The notes beneath the pieces are model-generated. The model was not told the DNA's origin. It saw only the letters and a list, made by a program, of their open reading frames with translations, and did not search any database. Shown here piece after piece: positions 1 through 8,499 of a stretch of DNA of 64,000 nucleotides. Source of the stretch: an uncultured Pseudomonadales bacterium (GTDB lineage: Bacteria; Patescibacteriota; Microgenomatia; UBA1400; CAYXSR01); contig CAYSEI010000003.1 in NCBI GenBank assembly GCA_964430265.1, positions 65,070 to 129,069 of the forward strand. The letters run 5' to 3'. The position numbers and the translations under genes are program-made. Each line of letters opens with the position of its first letter. The stretch's first letter is position 1.

Positions 1-59
1 AAATAAAAGTAATACTGTTAAACTAAGTTTAAATAATTTTTTCATATTTTTATTTTAAT

Positions 60-1007
60 TTAGTCGGCGATAAATGTATAGATTAATTGGGATATTTGCG
101 GAATTGTTTCAAATGCTTCTTCTCGCGATAAATCCTGAGTCAAAACACACAGAACATATGGATTTGCTGTTAAAACAATTCCACAATCATGATAAATACG
201 TGTTTTGTTGCCTATCTTATGTACTACTTGTATTTCTGCAGGAACACCTTGCGGAATCCTTTTTTCAAAATCTGTCTTAGTTAGAGCAGAATACAATATT
301 TTTTTATTATGGCTGTTAATTAATTCATTATTAACTATCTTATTTAAAAACTCTCCTACTTCTTTAGCTGTAGTTGTGTTTTTTTCAATAGAGGTTTTTT
401 CCATGCCCCATTCTTCTAATTTCTCCTTCATTTTATTAAATCCTACTTGCTTATGCAGAATGTATGCAGCTGTATTGTCACTTATTTTCCCGCTTTTTAA
501 TAAAAGTTCTTCATAAGTAATCTTATATCCCGGAGATTGATAATGCAGATCTCCTGTTCCATATCCTTGAAAATCTTCTGAAATCATTGTGTATTGTTGC
601 TTAAGATCATACGTTCCCTTTTCAATTTCCTGAAGAAAAGCAACCATAACAAATATCTTGTTTACTGATGCCGCTTCAAAAACCTTATTTTCTTGATAAT
701 TCCATTTTAAATCAGAATTGGGCTGATTAAAATATATTGCATACTCTCCTTCTTTTTTTTCTAAGAGCTCTATCAGCTTCTGCTCTAGAATGTTTATATT
801 TTTAATATTTATGGAAAAATTTTCTTCTTCTTTTTTTGAAGTAGCTTTGAAGCGGTAAGTTCTGGGTTTTATAAATTCTTTAAATTGATTTACAATATAG
901 TTTTTTTTCCATACAAAGGTTGATACAGATACAGTAACTATCAAAATAAATAAGGTTATCTTTCTTCTCTTCGGTTTAGTAAGAATTTTCTCCTCTTTTT
1001 CAGACAT
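60..1007 (-). CDS. Membrane-anchored serine hydrolase, class A beta-lactamase/PBP-like
   Basis: N-terminal TM; SxxK (AASVNK), SDN and HKIG motifs; omega loop looks shortened. Confidence 0.85.
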   Translation of the reverse strand: MSEKEEKILTKPKRRKITLFILIVTVSVSTFVWKKNYIVNQFKEFIKPRTYRFKATSKKEEENFSINIKNINILEQKLIELLEKKEGEYAIYFNQPNSDLKWNYQENKVFEAASVNKIFVMVAFLQEIEKGTYDLKQQYTMISEDFQGYGTGDLHYQSPGYKITYEELLLKSGKISDNTAAYILHKQVGFNKMKEKLEEWGMEKTSIEKNTTTAKEVGEFLNKIVNNELINSHNKKILYSALTKTDFEKRIPQGVPAEIQVVHKIGNKTRIYHDCGIVLTANPYVLCVLTQDLSREEAFETIPQISQLIYTFIAD

Positions 1008-1930
1008 TATTGCAAAAATTTATTGATTCCTTTTCTCAAAGATTCACTGTCCAATTTATACTCCCGAATTAATTGCAAATAACTGCGAGCAGTTTTACCA
1101 AATTTACCATTAATTCCAATGTTTAATTTTTGATGGGGAATATTAATATTTGCTGCCACTGCAGAAGCAACTCCTCCTATCTTTTGGTGGTCTTCAATTG
1201 TAATCAGTTTTTGAGTTTTTTGTAAAGAATTAAGAACTGTTTCTTTGTCAAATGGTTTTATTGTGTGTAAATTAATGATTTCCAATCCTCTTATATTTTC
1301 AGCTGCGTCTAAAACTTGCTTTAAAATCGGTCCTGAAGAAACAACCGTTGCACGCGCTCCTTTTTTAAGAACTTGTGCTTTACCAATCTTTATATTTTCA
1401 TTACTTTTAGTAAAAACCGCGGTTGGTTCCCGAGTCATACGCAGATACACCGGTCCCGGATATGCATAAATTTGCGGCAGTAAATTTTCTATCTGTCTTG
1501 CATCTGCCGGATAAACAACAGAAATATTGGGCAAACTTTGCATCAAAGCCAGATCTTCTGTAGCCTGAGCAGTAAACCCGTCAGACGGATGAGATAGCCC
1601 CGCATGTGACCCCACTATTTTAACCGGCAGCTTATTGGCAGCAATACAAACACGAATCAATTCCCAAGCTCTTCCTGTTATAAAAGTAGCAAAAGAACAG
1701 GCAAAAGGAATAAATCCAGCCATTGCCAGTCCAGCACTAATTCCAATTAAATTCTGCTCTGCAACCCCAATCTGATAAAAACGCTCTGGGTACTTTTTAT
1801 TAAAAGATTTTAAACGCGTTGACCCTTCTAAATCTGCAGTTAAAGCAATAATGTCTTTATTTTCTTCTGCTATTTGAGTTATTGCTTTTCCAAAAGCATC
1901 CCTTAAAGCAACTTTTTCTACTTTATTCAT
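1007..1930 (-). CDS. Transketolase, C-terminal subunit
   Basis: GVAEQNLIG, SHAGLS..DG, GPVYLR, TIKPFD, EDH motifs. Confidence 0.95.
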   Translation of the reverse strand: MNKVEKVALRDAFGKAITQIAEENKDIIALTADLEGSTRLKSFNKKYPERFYQIGVAEQNLIGISAGLAMAGFIPFACSFATFITGRAWELIRVCIAANKLPVKIVGSHAGLSHPSDGFTAQATEDLALMQSLPNISVVYPADARQIENLLPQIYAYPGPVYLRMTREPTAVFTKSNENIKIGKAQVLKKGARATVVSSGPILKQVLDAAENIRGLEIINLHTIKPFDKETVLNSLQKTQKLITIEDHQKIGGVASAVAANINIPHQKLNIGINGKFGKTARSYLQLIREYKLDSESLRKGINKFLQ

Positions 1931-2783
1931 TTTTATTTTTCCTATCAGTTATTTTAATTTCAATCTGTCTGAGTTCTTTTAGTGCTTCACTATAAAGTTT
2001 CTCATCAACATGCGGATGATGCACATCACTTCTTTTTTCTAAAAATGAAATGTCTTTACATGGTAAAGTCCTACTGATAATAACACTTGGTCCCCTTTTA
2101 TTATTTAAAGTAGTCTTTAAAACCGGAATTATTTGCGAAAAATCATGTCCATCAACCTCTTTAACATTCCAACCAAAACTCTCATACTTTTCTTTTAAGG
2201 GAGAAATTTGCATTTGATTTTTTGTGAACCCTCCTATTTGTACTCCATTACGATCAATAATTGCTGTTAAGTTGTTAAGTTTAAAGTAGCTAGCTGCCAT
2301 AACTGCTTCCCAAGTACTACCTTCTTGTTGCTCACCGTCACTCATCATTACTACTACTCTGTTATTCAGATTTTTCTGCCTAATTCCTAGAGCAATCCCG
2401 ATCCCTTGCGACAAACCCATTCCCAAAGATCCGGAGGAAATTTCAATTCCCTCAAGTCTATTTTTTCTTGGATGTCCTTCCAAACCACTATCCATTTTTC
2501 TTAAATCTTCAATTTTTCCCGTAGGAAAATATCCCTTTTGGGCAAGAATTGCATATAATGCCGGACAGGCATGTCCATTAGATAAAAGAAAATAATCGCG
2601 ATCTTCAGCTTTGGGATTACTTGGATCTAAATTGAGGATATTTCCAAAATACAAAGCCACCAGCATTTCCATAGTTGAAAAAGAACTTCCCAAATGCCCG
2701 CTTTCTGCCTTATATATGCTTTTCAAAACTTTTATTCGTGTTTTAACTGCAATTTTTTTTAAATTAATATAATTAGAATTCAT
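1923..2783 (-). CDS. Transketolase, N-terminal (TPP-binding) subunit
   Basis: SGHLGSS, DYFLLSNGHACPALY, SGSLGMG, SDGEQQEG...N motifs. Confidence 0.95.
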   Translation of the reverse strand: MNSNYINLKKIAVKTRIKVLKSIYKAESGHLGSSFSTMEMLVALYFGNILNLDPSNPKAEDRDYFLLSNGHACPALYAILAQKGYFPTGKIEDLRKMDSGLEGHPRKNRLEGIEISSGSLGMGLSQGIGIALGIRQKNLNNRVVVMMSDGEQQEGSTWEAVMAASYFKLNNLTAIIDRNGVQIGGFTKNQMQISPLKEKYESFGWNVKEVDGHDFSQIIPVLKTTLNNKRGPSVIISRTLPCKDISFLEKRSDVHHPHVDEKLYSEALKELRQIEIKITDRKNKNE

Positions 2784-3427
2784 TGTATGTTTTTGAATTT
2801 ATTATATATTTCCTGATAATCTTTTTGTTTCCAAAAATAGCTGCCAACTGCTACTACCTCTGCCCCTTTTTTAAAACATTTTTTTGCCCTTTTATAATTT
2901 ATACCACCATCAACACATATTTCAAAATCAGCCTTTTGTTCTTTTTTTAATTTATTTAATAATTCAATCTTTTTATAAACTTTTGAGTTAAATTCTTGTC
3001 CGCCAGATCCGGCTTTAACAGCCATGAGTAAAATTTGTCCTAAATGAGTAAATAATTTTTTGTTCAATTTTTTAACTGGCGTATTCAAGTCAATTGCTAA
3101 CCCCGGTTTAATTTTCATTTTAATTGCTTTGTTTACAAATTTTTCTTGATCTTTTAAGGGCTCTATTTGTGTTACAAAATTATTAACTGGGATTTTTTCT
3201 ATTTCTTTAAATAACTGAATCGGCTCTTGGACCATCAGATGTAAATCTACAGCAAAACTCTGAAGAATCTTAATATCCTGTAATTCTTTTATAGAAATAG
3301 TTTTATTGTTAGCAAACTTACCATCTAATATATCAATTTGTACTCGAGGAATAATATTTTTTATATTTTTTAGAAGTTGATTAATTTTTTCTTTTTGGTC
3401 AACTAATACTGCCGGAGTTAATTCCAT
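2780..3427 (-). CDS. rpe: Ribulose-phosphate 3-epimerase
   Basis: DILDGKF, DLHLMV, VDGGIN, AVGS motifs; pentose-phosphate context. Confidence 0.9.
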   Translation of the reverse strand: MELTPAVLVDQKEKINQLLKNIKNIIPRVQIDILDGKFANNKTISIKELQDIKILQSFAVDLHLMVQEPIQLFKEIEKIPVNNFVTQIEPLKDQEKFVNKAIKMKIKPGLAIDLNTPVKKLNKKLFTHLGQILLMAVKAGSGGQEFNSKVYKKIELLNKLKKEQKADFEICVDGGINYKRAKKCFKKGAEVVAVGSYFWKQKDYQEIYNKFKNIQ

Positions 3428-4431
3428 TAAGCTCTTGCAATAACTTCTTCCACTAATCTATTTGTATAACCCCATTCATTATCATACCAGGCAAAAACCT
3501 TAACCAAGTTTGAACCTTGAACATTTGTTAGTGAAAGGTCAACTATACTTGAATGGGAATTGCCAATAATATCATTTTGTACAATCGGCTCTTGCGTTAC
3601 ATCAATAATACCTTTAAATTCACCTTGGGAAGCTTTAATTAGAATATTATTTACTTCTTCAGTTGTCGTTTCTTTTTTTGTGTAAAAAACAAAATCCGTT
3701 AAAGAACCAGTAATAGTCGGCACTCGAACCGCCATACCATCAAATTTACCTTTAATTGGTGGATACACTTTAGCAGTTGCTTTTGCAGCTCCTGTTGTTG
3801 TGGGAATCATATTAACAGCAGCTGCCCTGCCTCTGCGTAAATCTTTGGCATGAGAACCATCTAGTAACTGTTGACTTGAGGTATAACTGTGAATTGTTGT
3901 CATTAAGGAATTAACAACGCCAAGCTTTTTGTCAATAAGCTTGACAATGGGAGCAGCACAATTGGTTGTACAGGAAGCAGAAGAAACAATTTTTTCATCT
4001 TTTCTCTGATCGTCATTTACTCCGATCACATACATTGGGATGTCAGGACTTTTTGGAGGAGCTGACATAACTACATTTTTAACAGTTCCTCTTAAATGTT
4101 TTTTTACATCCTTTGATTTTCTAAAAACACCAGTAGATTCAATAACTGTTTTTATTCCATAATTTTCCCAAGGAATCTTTTCCGGATCTCTTTCTCCCAT
4201 TATTGGAATACTTTTCCCCTTTACTAGCATATTGCTACCATCTATTTCAACTTCTCCCGGAAACTTACCATAAGCACTATCATACTTAAAAAGATAAGCC
4301 CATCCCTTTGTATTTACTCTTCCAGACGTATTAATTGCAGCCAAATCAATTTTCTCTGCATGTTTTTGCAAAATAATCCTGGCAGCCAACCTGCCAATTC
4401 TGCCAAAACCATTAATACCAACTTTAAGCAT
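3427..4431 (-). CDS. gap: Glyceraldehyde-3-phosphate dehydrogenase, type I
   Basis: GINGFGRIGR, ASCTTNC, WYDNEWGY. Confidence 0.98.
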   Translation of the reverse strand: MLKVGINGFGRIGRLAARIILQKHAEKIDLAAINTSGRVNTKGWAYLFKYDSAYGKFPGEVEIDGSNMLVKGKSIPIMGERDPEKIPWENYGIKTVIESTGVFRKSKDVKKHLRGTVKNVVMSAPPKSPDIPMYVIGVNDDQRKDEKIVSSASCTTNCAAPIVKLIDKKLGVVNSLMTTIHSYTSSQQLLDGSHAKDLRRGRAAAVNMIPTTTGAAKATAKVYPPIKGKFDGMAVRVPTITGSLTDFVFYTKKETTTEEVNNILIKASQGEFKGIIDVTQEPIVQNDIIGNSHSSIVDLSLTNVQGSNLVKVFAWYDNEWGYTNRLVEEVIARA

Positions 4432-4432
4432 T

Positions 4433-4879
4433 TTATTTCTCCCTAAGTTTTTTTATTTGATCAATTCTTCTTTGATGACGCTCTTCTCCACTAAACTCAC
4501 CGGCAACAAAAGTCTTTATAAACCCGGCAGCTTGATCAGCATTAGTCAAATCCGCACCCAAAACTAAAACATTACAATTATTATGTGCTCTACTTTTTAC
4601 CGCTTGTCCCATCCCTGTACATAAAACTGCTCTAACTTCTTTAATTTTATTCGCAGCAATACTCATTCCTATTCCTGATCTACATATTAATACTCCTAAG
4701 GCCTCCGTATCCTCAACTACTTTTTTACCCACATTTTCAGCAAACTCTGGATAATCATCATCTTGCTTTAATACTTTTGCTCCCAAGTCAACTAATTCAA
4801 TATCACTATCACTGAATTTTTTTTTCAAGTCTTCTTTTAGGTTGTATCCTCCGTGATCGGCTCCAATATAAACTATCAT
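4433..4879 (-). CDS. rpiB: Ribose-5-phosphate isomerase B
   Basis: GADHGG, DDDYP, CRSGIGMSIAANK, HNNCN, RHQRR. Confidence 0.97.
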   Translation of the reverse strand: MIVYIGADHGGYNLKEDLKKKFSDSDIELVDLGAKVLKQDDDYPEFAENVGKKVVEDTEALGVLICRSGIGMSIAANKIKEVRAVLCTGMGQAVKSRAHNNCNVLVLGADLTNADQAAGFIKTFVAGEFSGEERHQRRIDQIKKLREK

Positions 4880-5562
4880 TTTTCTCCCTCCTTTTTATGG
4901 GATAAATTATCAATATCTTTTTTAAAGTCCGGTCCGTGGTATCCAAGACTCCCTTCAGTAAATGGCTGTTCTTTCGCCGGAATATCAGACTGCAGCATCC
5001 TAGTTTCAAATTCTTTTTCAAATTTTTCTACATGTTTTAATATTTCTTGAGAAGAATTGACATATTCAAAAACCTTGAAATCGTCGTTCCTTAAAAACAT
5101 ATTCTTTTTAATAACCTCAACAATTTCCTTCCAAAATTCACCGTATAATAAAAAGGGCTTATGTACTCCGTAATACAAACGTGCTAAACACCAGGCCGTA
5201 GCAAATTCAGAAAGCGTACCCGTTCCGCCTTTAAAAATAACAAATAGTTCCGCTTCTTTAAAAAGACCAAACATTCTTTCAATATAATCACCTGTTTTTA
5301 TTTCCTTATCTGGAACATTTTGCGGGTACTTGCCTTCAAAATTTACGGCTGCTTGAGGATAAAAAGTTATTGCAACTGTATCTCCCCCCACTTCTTCTGC
5401 ACCCTGGGTTGCTGCATTCATTACTCCCGGACCACCACCATTAACAATTGTGTAGCCGTTTTCTGCTAGAAGTTTAGCTGCTGAATATACTTCTTGATAA
5501 AGGGGTTCGCCTTTTTTGGTGTGTGAAAAGCCAAAAAAGGCAATATTGTTAATTATTCTCAT
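4876..5562 (-). CDS. LOG-family nucleoside monophosphate phosphoribohydrolase
   Basis: GGGPGVM and GGTGTLSE motifs. Confidence 0.88.
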   Translation of the reverse strand: MRIINNIAFFGFSHTKKGEPLYQEVYSAAKLLAENGYTIVNGGGPGVMNAATQGAEEVGGDTVAITFYPQAAVNFEGKYPQNVPDKEIKTGDYIERMFGLFKEAELFVIFKGGTGTLSEFATAWCLARLYYGVHKPFLLYGEFWKEIVEVIKKNMFLRNDDFKVFEYVNSSQEILKHVEKFEKEFETRMLQSDIPAKEQPFTEGSLGYHGPDFKKDIDNLSHKKEGEK

Positions 5563-5600
5563 TAATATAATTTTAACACAAGTTTGCCAGCAAACCCAAA

Positions 5601-6191
5601 TTAAAACTCAGCTGAAAGAATAATTTCCCCTGGCACATCATCTCCGTTTTCCGGTTCTAGAGTTATGACCATTTTTGAATATTCAGTCAGGTCTTTGTTG
5701 TCCAAATAATACAACGTCCCTTGACCTTCTTGATATCCAACTCTTCCAGTAAAAAGATCATCCATCTCTTCCCCCATCAACCACCCCCCATAGTAATATC
5801 CTTTTGAAAGCATTTCCAAATTTTGTACAGATGCCATCAAATAGAATCTACCGTCTGAAAAAGCTCTTTTAACTGAACCTTTTTCAACTCCTGCTTGATT
5901 ACTCAAACTTACTTGTTCAACTCCTTCTCCTTCTAAAACTGCTTTAACTTCCTGTTTTACTTCTTCAGCTTCTTCTTGACTGAGCTGTTGCTTTTCTTCT
6001 CCTGATTTTCTGACAAATCCATCCTCTTCAATAAAAACTTGTTCAGATGCAGAAGGTTCTTCGTTTTTACCATTATTAGTTCTTGTAAAATACAAAATCC
6101 CTGCTATAACAAGAAAAATTACCCCTAATCCTATAAATACACGCTGTAAATCAAGCTGGCTTATTTGTTTTTTTATTTTTTGTATAACCAT
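5601..6191 (-). CDS. Single-TM protein with C-terminal RskA/DM13-like beta domain
   Basis: TM segment then YYYGGWL...ITLEPENGDDVPG; ATG at 6191 follows AAGGAGGTG. Confidence 0.5.
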   Translation of the reverse strand: MVIQKIKKQISQLDLQRVFIGLGVIFLVIAGILYFTRTNNGKNEEPSASEQVFIEEDGFVRKSGEEKQQLSQEEAEEVKQEVKAVLEGEGVEQVSLSNQAGVEKGSVKRAFSDGRFYLMASVQNLEMLSKGYYYGGWLMGEEMDDLFTGRVGYQEGQGTLYYLDNKDLTEYSKMVITLEPENGDDVPGEIILSAEF

Positions 6192-6208
6192 TTCTGTCAC
6201 CTCCTTTC

Positions 6209-6235
6209 AAAAAAAGACCCGCAGCGGCAGGCCTA
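6209..6235 (-). terminator. Hairpin plus U-tract (terminator or leader attenuator)
   Basis: AGGCCTGC-CGCT-GCGGGTCT followed by a T-run on the minus strand. Confidence 0.6.
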
Positions 6236-6240
6236 TTTTT

Positions 6241-6269
6241 AGACTATCCGAACTTAACACGAAAGTCAA
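6241..6269 (-). promoter_or_regulatory. Sigma70-like promoter
   Basis: TTGACT-N17-TAGTCT on the minus strand. Confidence 0.5.
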
Positions 6270-6778
6270 TAATCAGTCATACTTTTAAATTCAGGCTCTG
6301 ATATTATTTTTCCAAATATATGTTGGCTAACCCCAAAATATGATTTTTTTCTTACCCCTTCTTTTTTAAGTCCCACTTTATTGTAAAAATCAATTGCTCC
6401 TGGTTGTGAGGCAATTTCAATTTTATGGCAATCTTTTTCTTTTGCTATTTTTATCCATTCTTTAACTAGCCTACTACCAATCCCCTTTTTTTGTTCTTTT
6501 TTAGTTACTCCCAACCAGCGACAAAATGAAACACCACCGTAGGGTCGGTCAATTACAGCAAAGCCTATTATTTTTTCATTTTTTCGGGCAATGATAACGT
6601 TTTTGTAGTTTTTTTCTATCCAAAAACGAAATGAATAAGGGGTATAAATACGACTTAAAAAATAATTGATAATAAGTGGGGGGTAAAAAGTAAATTCCTT
6701 TTTTAATATTCTCTTAAACGTTGGCCAAAATTGATTAACCTGTTCTTTTTTTATCTGTTCTATAATTATATCATTCAT
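6266..6778 (-). CDS. GNAT acetyltransferase
   Basis: V...QKKGIGSRL acetyl-CoA motif; AIDFYNKVG. Confidence 0.9.
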   Translation of the reverse strand: MNDIIIEQIKKEQVNQFWPTFKRILKKEFTFYPPLIINYFLSRIYTPYSFRFWIEKNYKNVIIARKNEKIIGFAVIDRPYGGVSFCRWLGVTKKEQKKGIGSRLVKEWIKIAKEKDCHKIEIASQPGAIDFYNKVGLKKEGVRKKSYFGVSQHIFGKIISEPEFKSMTDY

Positions 6779-6785
6779 TAGTTAT

Positions 6786-6820
6786 AGAAAGAGCCAGCAA
6801 TAAAAAAGCTGGCCCTTTCT
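6786..6820. terminator. Inverted repeat, probable terminator of the small upstream gene
   Basis: AGAAAGAGCCAGC...GCTGGCCCTTTCT. Confidence 0.6.
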
Positions 6821-6831
6821 TTCAAAAAATT

Positions 6832-7032
6832 TTAAACAGTTTTCTTTAAAACTGGCATACCAGTTCTCTTTGTTTCTACTACTTCGTAGCCGAAAGGAAC
6901 TTCATCAATTGCTCCTTCTCTTTCATCACGAGCAAAGTAGTAAATTGTTTGCTGTCTTCCTCCACGAAGGGTAACATCTTTTTTGTGAAGATGATATGTG
7001 TCTCCTTTGCTGTTTGTGTATGTATAAGCCAT
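6832..7032 (-). CDS. Small conserved basic protein (YTNSKG.TY.LH...TIYYF family)
   Basis: 66 aa; AAGGAGGTGA SD at 7041-7050; TTGACA at 7101-7106; family recalled from CPR and archaea. Confidence 0.8.
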   Translation of the reverse strand: MAYTYTNSKGDTYHLHKKDVTLRGGRQQTIYYFARDEREGAIDEVPFGYEVVETKRTGMPVLKKTV

Positions 7033-7146
7033 TCTTCTGTTCACCTCCTTTTATTAATATTTTTTTCTTTGAATTCATATTAGAGGAATAACAGGCTACT
7101 TGTCAAGAGGAAATCAGAAGAAAATAAAATATTGTATACTTAAAGC

Positions 7147-7734
7147 ATGCAAGATCTACAAAAATTTTTAAAACTCTTTCTTAAAAGACTACTGTTTCCT
7201 TTAAATTATTTTCAAGCCTATTTACCTGATATTGACACTAAATATCTTAGTTTAAATAATATTGTGTCTTTTATTTTGGGAGTTGTTTTGCTGGTTATTT
7301 TTGCTTCCTTTATTTTTACTTCAAAAAACAGCAGTATCCTAGCTGTAAGCCGACAACCTTTATTTCCTGTTAATCACTTTAAAATGGCTGAAGAATTTCT
7401 ATCTAACGGACAATTAAATAAAGCAAAAAAAGAACTTCAATTAGTTAATAATTCCTTTGTTATGAGAAACTTGCTTAAAATTTCACTTTTAAACTATAAA
7501 TACCAGCACACTCAAGATAAAGTATATGAAAGCGACCGCATAAAGGAGCAGTTGTCCCAATTAGATTCAATCTTGGAAAAAAAACCCTTTTATCGTGATC
7601 TTTTATTAAAAAAAAGCATCTTTCTTTGGAAACAATGGAAAAATAAAGAAGCAAAAAATAGTTTGGAAAAAGCTGCTTATTTGGATCCTAATAATTTAAA
7701 AATTAAAAGTTTAAAAAAGAAACTTTCTTTATAA
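7147..7734 (+). CDS. Membrane protein with C-terminal TPR-like helices
   Basis: One TM; AKNSLEKAAYLDPNN TPR signature. Confidence 0.65.
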   Translation: MQDLQKFLKLFLKRLLFPLNYFQAYLPDIDTKYLSLNNIVSFILGVVLLVIFASFIFTSKNSSILAVSRQPLFPVNHFKMAEEFLSNGQLNKAKKELQLVNNSFVMRNLLKISLLNYKYQHTQDKVYESDRIKEQLSQLDSILEKKPFYRDLLLKKSIFLWKQWKNKEAKNSLEKAAYLDPNNLKIKSLKKKLSL

Positions 7735-7736
7735 AT

Positions 7737-8438
7737 TTATTTTTCTGGAGTTTTTTCTGCTTGTTCAGTCTCTTTTCCCTGTTCTTTTTCTTCTCCCTCT
7801 GCCTCTTCTCCTTCAATTTTTTCTTCCAATCCTTCTTCAAGCGTAATCTCAGGTTCTTCAACCTCTTCAACTTCTTCCTCTGTTGGTTCTTCAATTTTAA
7901 CAATTAATCTTTCTAAATCGTCTGCCATTATAGTCATCTTGTCTTTATCAATAGGTAAATCATTAAGAGAAATTGATTGATCAATTTCTTCTAATTCAGA
8001 AACAGAAATTTCAAGTTTTTCCGGTAACTCCTCTGGAAGAGCCTCAATTTCTACTTCATCCATCATTTGTACTAATACGCCACCCTTATTAACGGCTGGC
8101 GGCTCGCCAATTAATTCAATTGGAACCGATGCCTGAACTTTTTCCTTTAAGTCAATCTGGCGAAATTCAACATGAATCAAGTTGTCACTTAAAGAGTCCT
8201 TTTGCAGATGAGAGATTAATACAGGTTTTTCTTTTCCATTGTTTATCTTAAGTCTAATTACTTTTGTTTCTCCAGCTTCTTCATAAATATCAAGAAATTC
8301 CTTTACATCAATTTTTAAAGCAGTTGATTTAATATCCTTGCCATATACATTGGCCGGAAGATATCCTTTTTCACGAAGTCTTTTTACTTTTCTTCCCAAT
8401 ACTTCGCGTTTTTGTGCACTTAATTTAATTTTATTCAT
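7737..8438 (-). CDS. rplY: 50S ribosomal protein L25/Ctc
   Basis: LREKGYLPANVYG, HVEF, GGVL; acidic tail. Confidence 0.95.
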   Translation of the reverse strand: MNKIKLSAQKREVLGRKVKRLREKGYLPANVYGKDIKSTALKIDVKEFLDIYEEAGETKVIRLKINNGKEKPVLISHLQKDSLSDNLIHVEFRQIDLKEKVQASVPIELIGEPPAVNKGGVLVQMMDEVEIEALPEELPEKLEISVSELEEIDQSISLNDLPIDKDKMTIMADDLERLIVKIEEPTEEEVEEVEEPEITLEEGLEEKIEGEEAEGEEKEQGKETEQAEKTPEK

Positions 8439-8499
8439 GACTTTTAGATTTTAACATTTATGGGAAAATTTTCAAGTTTTTCAGACTTCTAGCTATAAA

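Noticed and set aside
60-1007. Antibiotic-resistance beta-lactamase
   Set aside because: Omega loop with the Glu166 equivalent appears absent and the protein is TM-anchored; more likely a PBP-like peptidase
6209-6270. Known riboswitch class
   Set aside because: No recognisable preQ1, fluoride or c-di-GMP consensus, and too short once the promoter is accounted for
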